From NCBI RefSeq assembly GCF_009914755.1, contig NC_060933.1: a stretch of 64,000 nt of DNA. One strand, 5' to 3'. The notes under the pieces were generated by a model. It had not been told where the DNA came from, did no database searches, and saw only the letters and a list, made by a program, of their open reading frames with translations. Shown here piece by piece: positions 13,098 to 26,006 of the stretch. The position numbers were made by a program, and so were the translations under genes. Source of the DNA: the human T2T-CHM13v2.0 reference genome, Homo sapiens. Each line of letters begins with the position of its first letter. The first letter of the stretch is position 1.

Positions 13098-14204
13098 GGT
13101 GTGGGTTATAAGCCTGTTTAAAAAAATAAACGCAGGCATTTTTAAAAGCAAAAATGAAAATAAGATACAGTGAGTTTTTCAACCTGTGTATCATTCATAA
13201 GGAAGAAAAGCAGCACTCTTAGCAAGATGGCCTTTTATGTAGAAAAGGGTCCTCAAATACATGGCTCATTGGCAGGCACTCTCCCCTTCTGCACTCATGG
13301 TGGACATGGATTATGGATCACTGCATTGTTTTGTTTGCCACTGAGCCCTTCTCAATACAGTGCTCTCGGCAACTACAACAATCTACTGGTGCCAGCTTGC
13401 AAAACAAAACTTATTTTGTTCCCTAGAGGATCTGTCCATACTAGTTCACTTTTGCTACAGTGGGTCTTGGGAAACCCAAAAGCACCACCTACCTGAGCTG
13501 TGAGACCAATGCTTCAAAGTTCCAGTAAACAACCACAAAGCAGACATGGCTTCTAAATGAGACTATGGGGACACTAAACCATCTCTGATTTTCACTTTAA
13601 GAGCTATCTTTTCACAGTCCCTAGATTCGAAAAAGATGAACACCTAGGCCTGGGAATACCATAAAATTTTTATATATCCACATATTCATATATTCAAATA
13701 TTTATGGCAGCATTAGAGTCTTGGTTCCATAATGATCCTGAGTTATGGGGATGGGAAGAGAATCAACACCAGGATACTGTAACCTTCCACTAAAATCCTA
13801 CAAAAGAGAAGGGCTGTGCAAAACGCCTTACAGGGAGCATAAGGAGAGAATGTCCCTTCTAAAAGTGACCTGTCCAGTATGTACATGATACATGACATTC
13901 AGTAAATCTACCATAGTTCCATAAAGCTTCCTAACATTAAGGAAGCAGAACAAGAACCAAGAGAAGCACTGACATGATCGCAGGACGTCATCACCCACCC
14001 ACGTGATGATGCCGGGTTGTAAATCACTAAAGAAGGCCCTTCCTTCCCTTGACCAGTAGCTCCCCAAAATGTATGCGATGAGGTGGTAAAGTGCCATGGT
14101 TGTGCCACTATGCCAAATGTATTATAGACACTGTCACAATCTGTCTTTCAGAGATGACAGTCATGGAAAGAAGCCAAAGTTCAACAAACACAGGAAATAA
14201 GGAC

Positions 14205-14678
14205 TGAGTACAAAGCAGGAGTGACCAGATATCCTCAAGTGGATGATTCCTAATTTTTGTGTATGATCCACTCAAAGTGTTGAACAAACATTTTTCAACT
14301 CAACTTCCAAATAAAGGACTCCATAAATAATCGAGAAAAGGCTATCAAGGAGAAACACTTTTTGTGAAGAGTTTATTTTTCATTTTTAGAAAATCAAAAA
14401 TATCTAATTTTAACTCAAGCACTCACTATGCCTTCTGCAAAGTTTGCTGTGTGTGCCTATCTTGAGGAAATTCAAAAGTAATTAACAATATAAAACGTAG
14501 AATGTTTTCTTAATTCTTACTAATTCTCTATTTTCACTAAGAATGCCATCAGTTTGTGACATTTAATACTATCATGCCATCTAGTTCTGGAAAACACTCA
14601 GCCACATTCCTCTAAGTCAGGTCTCACTCCTGCCCTCTTCTCCCATGAGTACGAAGCAGGAGTGACCAGATAACCTCA
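14205..14678 (+). repeat. 33-bp direct repeat (14205-14237 and 14646-14678)
   Basis: TGAGTAC(A/G)AAGCAGGAGTGACCAGATA(T/A)CCTCA, 31/33 identical. Confidence 0.9.
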
Positions 14679-16619
14679 GTTCTTACACTGGTAAAATTCC
14701 AATGCTTTTTATGGTACATTTATGTAGGAGAACTCCTGTGTGTCACCAGCCAGTCTGTAAATCCATTCATTGGTAGATCATGAGCAACAGTCACTTAATG
14801 TCTCTGTACTTTGCCAGATAAAATTGGCCATCTATTTTCCTCTCATTGATAAAATAGTGTTTTCTGAGCACTCTGAACCCTGCAGAAGAAAGCACGTATT
14901 CAGCAGCAACCCACCCCCCGCCAAAAAAAGGCAAAAGAAATATGTCACATTGGCAATTTTTTTAAAATAAAGAATTGTTCAACATGACTGGAAATATGAG
15001 TCACTAAGACCATGGTCCAAGTGACAAGTGTCTGCAGATTTTCAGACTGTGCCCATTTCCAGGTTTTTAAAAATAAAGGAGTCATTTTTTTGGCAGCAAG
15101 ATCATATACGAGCAGGAATTCTCATCAAAAAATCTGGATAAAAACACATAAGGAGGTACTTAGCACGATCATTAAAAAGGTGAGTTTGCAAGAAGGAAAA
15201 ATAATTAGAGCACTGACAACTTAATTAAGTATCAGGCATTCACATCTGCCTGTCTTGGAATGAATATTTATTTTATTTTATTTTTTTTATAAACTACACT
15301 CCCGTTTTAAATAGTTTTAGGTTGAAAGTAAAAACAACAACAAAGTATACTTAAATTTTATTACTAAGAAAGCAACAGCCAGAAAGTAAAGTGATTAATA
15401 CCATAACGAAAAAACCAATAGGCCAATGGCATGTAAGCTGAGCAAAACCAGCCTCAAGACAAAAATAAAAGAAACTAAACATGAAAATATGGCGAATATT
15501 CCAGTTTTCACATTAATTACGCCAACAGATTTCTCAAACATTAGATATTAGAATGTAAAAATAAATTTCATCTATTTATATGATAATATTTTCTATACTT
15601 TTTAGCTAGGCCATATGATGAAGATATAATCCTAAGTCTCCTTGGTAACAAAAAAAGGGATAAAATGCTATTATAACTTTTAAGAAAGACCCTCATAGAG
15701 TGTGAATGAAATGGCACTCAAAAAGTCAAGATACCCAAGTTCTACTTCTGACAAATCATTTATAACTTTTCTGGACTTACAGTTTCTCATCCATAAAAAG
15801 TTCAGGAATTTGGATCTATTCATTACGGCCTCTTGAAATTCTGTAACTCCAGGTAATTTAGAAAAGAAAGACTATCAAGAACACCCATTTGCTATAATCA
15901 AGAATAAATATGTAGATTTTATACCTATGGCATTTAAATCTGGACGGTAGACATGGAAGCAAAAAATAATAGCATTCTCTACCACCCCCATCAAAGTGCG
16001 AGCTGATAGAAAAAGGCTTGCCCATCAGCGATGTGTTGTCTATGGGCAATACTAACCATGAACAACAAATTTCAACATTGCATTTACACTTTGCCAAAAA
16101 GGTAAAATCACAACTAATCACTGTCAAAAACTTAACTGACAGGATTCCATCGGAAGAGCACCTTTCTAGTTAAAAATCCAATCACATTATTCTAGTCAGC
16201 ATTTTCTCCTCTGTTCTCCATCGAACTACTCTACCCCAGGCTACCAATAACAAAAACAAAAGAAACAAGAAAAAGAAAAAGCAAGGAACATCCAGAGGTA
16301 TAAATTAGGATATTTTGGATCTGACATTGTGGCATATCTAGAGTTTTATACTACATTGGTTCCTACAATGAAAATGTTCATTCTGCTAATATGAGTCATC
16401 ATGAAAGTTAATAAATCTTTCCTTTTGACCACTTTCAAACTCTTTGAACACACTTCTGTAAATCAGGTCAGAGAGGAAATTACTTAACCCTAAGGAAACT
16501 AAGGCACAAAACCATTTAGTAATTCCACTAGTTTTTCTGAAAATGCGTGACTTTAATCAAAATATAAAATCATGACTCTACCTTCTACCCAAGGCTCCAG
16601 GCACTGCTCATCATGGATT

Positions 16620-16790
16620 AAAAGATTAAACAAACGAAAAGCAATGTTAACTCATCCATTCCAGAAAATTTCAAGAACATGACTTCCATAATGCCTATTT
16701 ACAGCTAAAGGCCCTTTCTTAGTAAATATCATTAACAGACCCATCTAGAGTCATAACTCATCTGATGAGCCAGTTAATTATTAATTTTCA
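16620..16790. promoter_or_regulatory. Candidate islet/endoderm enhancer in intron 1
   Basis: HNF1 site GTTAATTATTAAT at 16773-16785; FOXA sites TATTTAC at 16696, GTAAATA at 16722 and TAAACAAAC at 16627; E-box CATCTG at 16759. Confidence 0.6.
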
Positions 16791-19700
16791 TACATCATTT
16801 CATTTCCTTAGGCTACATTTAGCCTTTGTTACATTTTCCATTTCTTATGCCACAAGCACTTCTTACTCTGCATAGAAAACCCGATAATGAGGCACAAAAT
16901 ACTGGCCAGCAAACAAACTGCTTCTGACTCTACTTCTTATATATCTGTCTAAGCCATCTACAATAAGAGTTTTTATTGATCCTTTTTATTTTTTCCCTTT
17001 GGGTTCATGACTGTATAATTTCATTAATGCCGCCTTTTCAACATCGCTGCCTTGTTAATAGGTCCCTGCTATTCCCATGGGCTTCTCTTGTTACAGCTTT
17101 TGTAGCCAGAAGAATCTAGAAATGAAAAGCCTACTGATAGATAATATAAGTTATTCTCATGCACGGCTGCAGTGTGAAGCACATTTCGCAATTCAATCAA
17201 GGACAGATAGAGCTGAATGTTCTTAGATCCTAGGAGTTCATTTAAATAAGCAGAATGTCCCTTGTCCTAACACAGGTGACTGACTCCTCAGAAAAGACTG
17301 TATAAACAAAAACCAATCACGTAAGTCATTTTATTGGCAACAATATAAACACAGCTATATTAGATGTCACCAATAAATCAAAATTATTCTTGTCTGCAAT
17401 TTTAACCAGAGGAAAGTGCAAACATGTGCCTGTGAAACTGGAGGATATTATAGAGGAAATATATTGGATGTGTACAACATTATTTCTCCAAATTGAAACT
17501 GGAGGATACTATATTATGATATGATAACCCATAACAAGGTAGAGTTTGATCATTTCTGTGGTTCCATAATTTTATGCAGTACAACTGACAAATTCATAGA
17601 ATTTGCAACCGAAGTTACACAGAAACAGAACTGAGATAATTCCTCATTATTGAAATGTGGAGCAGAAAGTTAGGGAGGTTACACCTAATAACTAGAATGT
17701 ATAGACCTATTCACTTGGGCACTCCCAAGGCCTAACGTTGGTAATTCTAAGAATATGAATATATTTATTCTGAACACCAAGGTGTACAAATGTTACTTAA
17801 GCAATATAATCACCAATAAGACGAAATAAAAGAGGTTTCATTTCTGAGTTATACCAATTGAAGACAAATTAGTGTCCTCTGCAGGGATTCTTCAAGACCA
17901 TTCTTCCAAAGACTACTCAGAAAAGATAATGTAATGAACATGAGGGACCTCACCTAATAGAAACTCTGACTTTGTTTTATCTGTCAATTCGAACCTTTGC
18001 AATCTAATCAGAGATATAAATGTTTTAACTTTTCATTTTTATATTTTATAAAATTTTCTCAAAAATTAAAATAATCTTTCCTAAGTTTATAGAGTGAAAG
18101 GACTGGCCATGTCACTTTAAATTTAAATTAATGGCTATGACATTCAAAATATGGGTAGTAAATATGAACAGGACACAGAAGAAAGAAAGGAGAGAAAAGG
18201 GAGAGGAAGGGAGTAGGAAAAAAAGAATGACCACATCCGATTCAGGAATTTACTCCTCTTAGTCAATCCTCATTTAAAAATCAGAAGCAGCATTGAGAGC
18301 CTTCCACACAGTGATAATGGCTACAGATTGCTGGAGCAAATTCAGGACCTTCAGGAATACACCGCTCGAGGGCAATATTAAAAGTTCAATAACCTCTCTT
18401 AGAATCTCCTTTGCACTCTTCAGTGCATCTATATAACTTTCATATCCTCCTAGTTTACTAAATGTCACTACTTTCACTAGTAATTATTAGAAGTGTTTCA
18501 TTTACTTTGCCCCAGTCATTAACTCATCAATGAGTACAGAAAGGTCTAGAGAGCCATGGTCCTACCAAAAATGGCAAGGGAGAAGAGGAAAATTAGGGGT
18601 TTTCTTGGTCAGTTATAAGAAATCACACAAAATGAAAACGAACTTGGAACCAAAAAGATTTTTAAGAAAAACGTAAATAAGTTCAGAAAGTACCATGCCT
18701 TGGGCCCAGAGGCTGTAAGTTCCTACATCTACATTCAATGAGGTATTCATTTTAAAGTAGTGTTTTTCAAACTGGATTGCAATTCATTGGTGGTCCATGA
18801 AATTAATTATTCAACGGAGAAAGCATTATTTAATGAAATAGGACTACTAGAATAAAATAGAAGCTATTGGAGTGCATCAAATATATTAATGGTGAAGTAT
18901 TGGTTTTACTTCACTTATTTGTGGGTATACCTATCTGCCCATTTGTATGCATATACATCTTCTGGGTAAGACAAAAAATATATTGTAGGGTGAGTCACGG
19001 CCAAAACAGTATAAAAGTCACTGTTAAAAAGCACTTGGACTATTTGTCTACCCAAGTACTTACCAAGAACAGCTGCAGGTACAGAGTTGAACAGTCAAAG
19101 TAAAATAAATAACAAAATATAGCTAGAATGAAGAACAGAAAAGATCTAAGGGTTTGACATTTTTGGCTTTATAAAACGTAAGGATTCAATGATACAAAGC
19201 TTCATTCCTACCACTGCTATCTTTCACTGTGCAGTAAGTATCAATTGATCAATTGTGCTCAATAAGTAATAACTGATCAACCAACTGACAGAATAAGGAT
19301 CAAAATTACCGAAAATTTTGGATCTTTTTCATTGCAGGGGATAGGTAACTTCCCTGGAATAAAACTCCCCTCTTACACTGCTAAAGTGGGTAAAGTTTAA
19401 ATTAACACACAATGTCTTTGAGAACTGAGTCTTTCAAAATGTGTTCTTAATATGAGTTAGCCATCAGATTCTGAAAAGAGGAATTTGAAATGGAAAAATG
19501 AACACATTCCTGATGATGTCACTGCTGAATTAATTACCTGAACTGCAAACACTGAATAGCACATGGCCAGGGTTTGAGACACAAAGGCTTCTTCTTCAGA
19601 AGTATAGAAGTAAAATAACTGGCTGGAGATGTTTCTTTCAAGAAAAACAAACAAACAAACAAAAAACAAGCCCATCCTCACACAAGAGGGTACATAAGGA

Positions 19701-20806
19701 ATAAAATGTGGCAAATGAAAAGAGCATTCATTATCCTTTAGTCTGTGTAACTAAACACTTAGTCCATATGACTAAGTATTTGCAAGGCTAAAAAATCACA
19801 ATCCTTCAAAAAGGGTAACAAACATCTATCTATGGAAGATTCTAGAAATAAAATTTATCACTCAAACCAAATATTCAGGCATCTTATTGTGTCCCCATCA
19901 CACATGTAACTGACTGATATTTTTCCTTCAGCATAGTTATTGCTTAAAAGTGACCGATGTAACTATTTCTGGCTGTTGGTAGACAGCAGTTTTACAGAAG
20001 TTAAATTATGTTCACTGACATCACTGCGGAAGTATGAACATCCACAACAATGACTAGGCCCTTAACCAACATGACAACATATTTATTAAAAAGATTTTTT
20101 GAAAACCTCTGTGAATGACTCAGCCAAGTTACAGACAGAAGTGGAATCTATCGGTCATGCTGAAAAGGTTGGGAAAACATTAATCCATTTCTTCACACAC
20201 AAGAATAACAAAACTTCGTAACTAGCCCTGGCATCTGGTTGGTTTTCTGTGTACAATATTCAGCAGGCCTACAAAAGAAATTTGATGGAGCTGGCTTAGA
20301 ACTTTAGAAATCACTGGTATTCAGAAAGTCTGATCTCTTTATCATGGAGCATAGGACAGGATCTGATCTTGCATTGTGACGCTATCTGCCCATCTGCAGT
20401 TGAGCAAGTCTTGCTGCTCCTGAAGGAATGTGCAGTCATTCTTGTTCCTGGCTTTGAAGAGATCATGTCAGACAAGGGTGGCCCCACCAGCTTTCCTTGA
20501 CTCAAGTCTGCCCTCAGCTACTGAGAACCTCATAATTCAAGTTTTACAAATTCCTTTTCTTCCCAAAGTGGAACATGATTGGATCTTTGTTTCTGTTAAT
20601 TCTACAAACCGCCTTAGAGTCCAGCTCGATGGTCTTTTCCCTCCTCCTTTATTTTGTTCTCTTTTCCCCCAAATCCAGATCCTACTTATCCTCTAAGCCC
20701 ACCCCAAACACCCACTTTAGGCCCTCCTTGATCCTTTTTTAGTCTCTATAAATCTGACCTGTAAAAATGGGGATAATGATGCTACTGTGCATAGTTCATA
20801 ATATTA

Positions 20807-21112
<306 letters not shown>

Positions 21113-22077
21113 ATTACAGAATAATAAATGAGAATCCACATCACATGCTTAGCACACTGTTCAGCACACAAAAGGACCCAATAAATGTTATTTTACTCTA
21201 CACACCTCTCTTTCAACATTCATAACTTTCTACACTACATTACAGTTATTTGCCTGTGTTTCATTTTCCTGTCTAAATTCTAATTTTATTAAGTTTTGGG
21301 GTCATAGCTAATTTATCTTTGAACTTTCCCCAGCCCTTACATGTACACAGATTGTTTTACACCTATATATATTTTTCACAGTACATTTATCATATATTTA
21401 TGCTACATCTATATATTCACATACATTTATTCTATTTATATTGTTCATTCTGTACTGCTCATACTGAAAAACATGGTGTAAGTGAAATATACAATTATAA
21501 CCCACATCTATAATTTACTGCCTGAATAAATACAATATAAGTGAGGTGTGACCATAATCATGAATCCCATGGCTTATGGAACCAGTTTAATTACAGTTGC
21601 ATGTTTCCTAGTCTTTTCCTTTCTCTACTAGGAAAAAGTGGCACAGAAATTCTATTCCATTCTTCTGGGTAGGCATGTTATTCTTGCCTTTATCTTGGCC
21701 TACTGGTGAACAATGAAAAATCCCAGCTAAAAGTTGCAAATGAACAGTTCAATACTGAAACCAGGCACTTACTTTTTTTTTTATTATGGGGGTTGCTGGC
21801 CCTCACGAAAGGACGGTGAAATACACTCTGGGTTGCCTTAGTGGAAGGAACGCCTCTGAATTTTCCTGCTCCCTACACTGGTGTCACATTAGACATTTCA
21901 CTTGTGTCTGTTTGGTCTCCCTAACCAGACTGTCATCAGAATATAAATATGGCTTCAGTTTGGTTAGTGTTTTTCCTTAATTCTATCATATTAAGTAATG
22001 CCTCACTAATTTCTGCAAGCCAGACTGTTTCCATCATCTTTAAAGGGGGAGTCCAAATTATTTGACCTAATAAAAGG

Positions 22078-22370
22078 TTGTTGTGTTGAGCGAAAGAAGC
22101 CAGACCCAAGAGTGCATATTGAATTATTCCATTTACACAAGATTTTTTTTAAAAAAACCAGACAAAACTAATGTATCTGTTAGAAACCAGGGCAACGGTT
22201 ACCTTAGGCAGAGGTGGTAACTAGAATGGAGTGTGAGAGATGTTTCTGGTGTGTTGATAATGCTCTGTTTCTTGATCTGGAGACTAGTTATGTGGGTGTG
22301 TTCCACTTGCAAAAAAATGCATCGAGCTCAAGATAAGTGTGCTTTTCCGTAAGGATATTTCATCTCAATA
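22078..22370 (+). mobile_element. L1ME 3' fragment
   Basis: GTTGAGCGAAAGAAGCCAGAC...TTTCTTGATCTGG motifs. Confidence 0.65.
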
Positions 22371-24865
22371 GAAAATTTGGCTTTTGTGTCAACTCTGCCT
22401 AAAGTAAGTGGGAAACTACAAAAACTGGGGACTTGGACATCTTTTAATCAAACTATGTATCAATGTCATTTCAAAGGTTTTGTTATGTGTCATCTTCCTT
22501 GAATGAGAATGGCAACAAGTTTTTTTTTTATCACACAGATTTCCTATGTGCCTTTTTTCCCCAGTCCTGATAGTCTATGAACCAACCAAACTTAGGGAAA
22601 AGTAAAACAGTTAAGTCCTGTATTTCCACCTTATTTACAATATAATGCCCTCTACAGAAAATAATCACAGAAACACAGAAAATGACTTCTCCAGAGATGA
22701 GAAATGTGCATGTGACGCCACTCTGAGTTATCTCCTTCAAGAAGTATGTATTCTATAATCTGGGAGAAGAGTAAATTAACACTCCAACTCCAAAGATCAA
22801 TAATTATAATATGAGAGAGACAACAGTGGAAAGAATGAATGTCCTCAGGCTTAATTTACTAGCAGGAAAGAACAGTCAGAGGAAAAAAAAAAAAAAAAAA
22901 GACCGAGAACACTGAGCTCTCTTCTGGAATGGCAGAAGGACCACTTTCTCCTGCATAAATGAAGGCAGGGCTAATACAAAACGTTTTCTGGGTATTATTT
23001 AACCTCTCCTACCCAGGCTGTTTTAGCTCAGTAGGAAATTCACCCACTAGGTGGACCTTGGAGTTCATCCACCACCCCAATAAAGATTGCCTTTCTTATT
23101 TGAAGTGATGATCACTTCTTCCAAGCAAACCAACAAACCCTAGGTATTCAACCTCTGATAACCTGCCTACTAAGGAACTTCAGTGGAATCAGGGGATCAA
23201 CGATGCTGTCCCCAAACTGGCCTAAGGTGAACCAAGGGGAGAAGTTAACAGCAGCACTTAAATTGATCTACTCATACTCAAGGATTACTGAGTCTTCTGG
23301 GCAAGAAAAGAAAGCAATTACAAACTACCAATAAGGAAAGGTGTTTTGAAAATAGCGAAAAAAAAATGTCCCCTACACTTCCTTTCAAAGGTAGCCTCAG
23401 AGCTAGTCTGGCTGCGCAGATGACCAGTGAAAATAAATGAAAACTGCAGTACGGTTATAGATGATCCTTACACCTCAGCTTGTTCTCAATTGCAAAAAAA
23501 AAAAAAAAAAAAATGCATATAATCTAACACTCTCCTGTCTAAATTGCTTCAAACTTTCTCAGAACGACCTTCATCGTGGCGGATTCTTTTTCTGCAAACC
23601 TTTACAGGTTGCACCTGCTTCACACAGAACCAGCGGAAACAAACTAGGAGGAGATAAAAGAGAAGAAGTAGGAAGGTTTAAACCAACACAAGTCGATTTT
23701 GTACCCAAAAAAAAAAAAAAGTTTAGTCTAAAAAGGGAGGTCCAGTGAGGAACAAGACAGAGGGTGAAACAGAAGTCTGGCTTACTCCCAAGGCAGAAAT
23801 CATGACTCATCAAAGCTTTCAGAGGGGACAGAACCAGACTTTGCATTTGTCTTGAGGTCATCTTCGAGCCAAGAAATGCTCTCTTAACCGGGACCTGAGA
23901 ACTTTAAGGGTCTGCGACAACTGGCTGTGAGGCCTTAGGCAAAACCTCTAACGTCTCTGGGGCTCGGTTTCCTCATCAGGTGAAGCCAGGGTCCACTCTA
24001 GCTTTAATAGTCTCTCCTCGAGATTCCCGGCCCCATACTAAAGGGACCTGGTCCACTGGGGGGAGCTGCAGAACTTCCCTCTTCTCACAAACTCCAGGGC
24101 CCTGGGGCCCCAACTCTCGGGAGATGCTGAAGTCTTGGAGGAAGTTGGTTCTGCCGGCTCGGGGAGAGGGTGCAAGAGCAACCCTCTTCGTGAAACGGGG
24201 CCGCGACTCCACGAGTCCTGTCTCTACGGACCCTACTCCCTGTGATTCCGGAAGCACCTCCCTACCCCTTCCCCAGGTTTACATGCTCCAGAGATGAGGG
24301 CCAAGCGGATACCGGGGCAGCCTAGCGTGGGGCTCAAGGAGGCACACAGAGCAGTGGTCTCAGTCCTCGAGACCACTCCTGCCAAGAGGAGGGCTGGAGA
24401 AGTCGGGAGAGGTGCCGGGAGCGGGGGAGAGGCGCGTAGGACAAGGCAGGAGGAGGGCGGCCCTTATCGGTTCCCTATAGGACTGGCTTCGCTGCCGGGG
24501 TCGGAGATTCCTCGGCGCGGAGCTAGGGGCGGGTCCGGAGGCGGAGGCGACAGCGCCCGGCGGGGTACGCGCGGCTGCGACCCCGTCACTCCCCCGCCGC
24601 CTCCGCCCCTAACCCTCGGCCCCGTGCGCGAGCGAGCGAGGGAGCGAACGCAGCGCAACAAAACAAACTAGTGCCGGCTTCCTGTTGTGCAACTCGCTCC
24701 TGAGTGAGTCGGGGGCCGAAAGGGTGCTGCGGCTGGGAAGCCCGGGCGCCGGGGACCTGCGCGCGCTGCCCGGCCTGGCCGGAGCCTGTAGCCCGGGGGC
24801 GCCACGGCCGGGCTCGCAGTCCCCCCACGCCGGCCCCCCGGTCCCCGCCGAGCCAGTGTCCTCAC

Positions 24866-25155
24866 CCTGTGGTTTCCTTTCGCTTCTCGCCTCCCAAACA
24901 CCTCCAGCAAGTCGGAGGGCGCGAACGCGGAGCCAGAAACCCTTCCCCAAAGTTTCTCCCGCCAGGTACCTAATTGAATCATCCATAGGATGACAAATCA
25001 GCCAGGGCCAAGATTTCCAGACACTTGAGTGACTTCCCGGTCCCCGAGGTGACTTGTCAGCTCCAGTGAGTAACTTGGAACTGTCGCTCGGGGCAAGGTG
25101 TGTGTCTAGGAGAGAGCCGGCGGCTCACTCACGCTTTCCAGAGAGCGACCCGGGC
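24866..25155 (-). other. GLIS3: Probable alternative non-coding first exon of GLIS3
   Basis: Minus-strand TATAAAT at 25186-25180 and strong donor AGG|GTGAGG after 24866. Confidence 0.55.
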
Positions 25156-26006
25156 CGACTTCAAAATACACACAGGGTCATTTATAGGGACTGGAGCCGC
25201 GCGCAGGACAACGTCTCCGAGACTGAGACATTTTCCAAACAGTGCTGACATTTTGTCGGGCCCCATAAAAAATGTAAACGCGAGGTGACGAACCCGGCGG
25301 GGAGGGTTCGTGTCTGGCTGTGTCTGCGTCCTGGCGGCGTGGGAGGTTATAGTTCCAGACCTGGCGGCTGCGGATCGCCGGGCCGGTACCCGCGAGGAGT
25401 GTAGGTACCCTCAGCCCGACCACCTCCCGCAATCATGGGGACACCGGCTTGGATGAGACACAGGCGTGGAAAACAGCCTTCGTGAAACTCCACAAACACG
25501 TGGAACTTGAAAAGACAACTACAGCCCCGCGTGTGCGCGAGAGACCTCACGTCACCCCATCAGTTCCCACTTCGCCAAAGTTTCCCTTCAGTGGGGACTC
25601 CAGAGTGGTGCGCCCCATGCCCGTGCGTCCTGTAACGTGCCCTGATTGTGTACCCCTCTGCCCGCTCTACTTGAAATGAAAACACAAAAACTGTTCCGAA
25701 TTAGCGCAACTTTAAAGCCCCGTTATCTGTCTTCTACACTGGGCGCTCTTAGGCCACTGACAGAAACATGGTTTGAACCCTAATTGTTGCTATCAGTCTC
25801 AGTCAGCGCAGGTCTCTCAGTGACCTGTGACGCCGGGAGTTGAGGTGCGCGTATCCTTAAACCCGCGCGAACGCCACCGGCTCAGCGTAGAAAACTATTT
25901 GTAATCCCTAGTTTGCGTCTCTGAGCTTTAACTCCCCCACACTCTCAAGCGCCCGGTTTCTCCTCGTCTCTCGCCTGCGAGCAAAGTTCCTATGGCATCC
26001 ACTTAC

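Larger units (their letters stand above)
12628..13113 (-). other. GLIS3: GLIS3 exon 2 (98 nt 5'UTR + 388 nt CDS, 486 nt)
   Basis: Acceptor TTTATTTTTTTAAACAG|GCT with AG at 13115-13114; donor GTAGGA at 12627-12622. Confidence 0.93.
12628..13113 (-). ncRNA. GLIS3: Single-exon circular RNA from exon 2 (circGLIS3), potentially encoding a 131-aa peptide
   Basis: Second exon flanked by long introns, with oppositely oriented Alus on either side. A 486-nt exon-2 circGLIS3 is recalled from the literature. The back-splice junction reads G|GC TTA TAA. Confidence 0.75.

Noticed and set aside
12628-13113. Rolling-circle (endless) translation, since 486 nt is divisible by 3
   Set aside because: All three sense frames contain stops (13108-13106, 13073-13071, 12765-12763).
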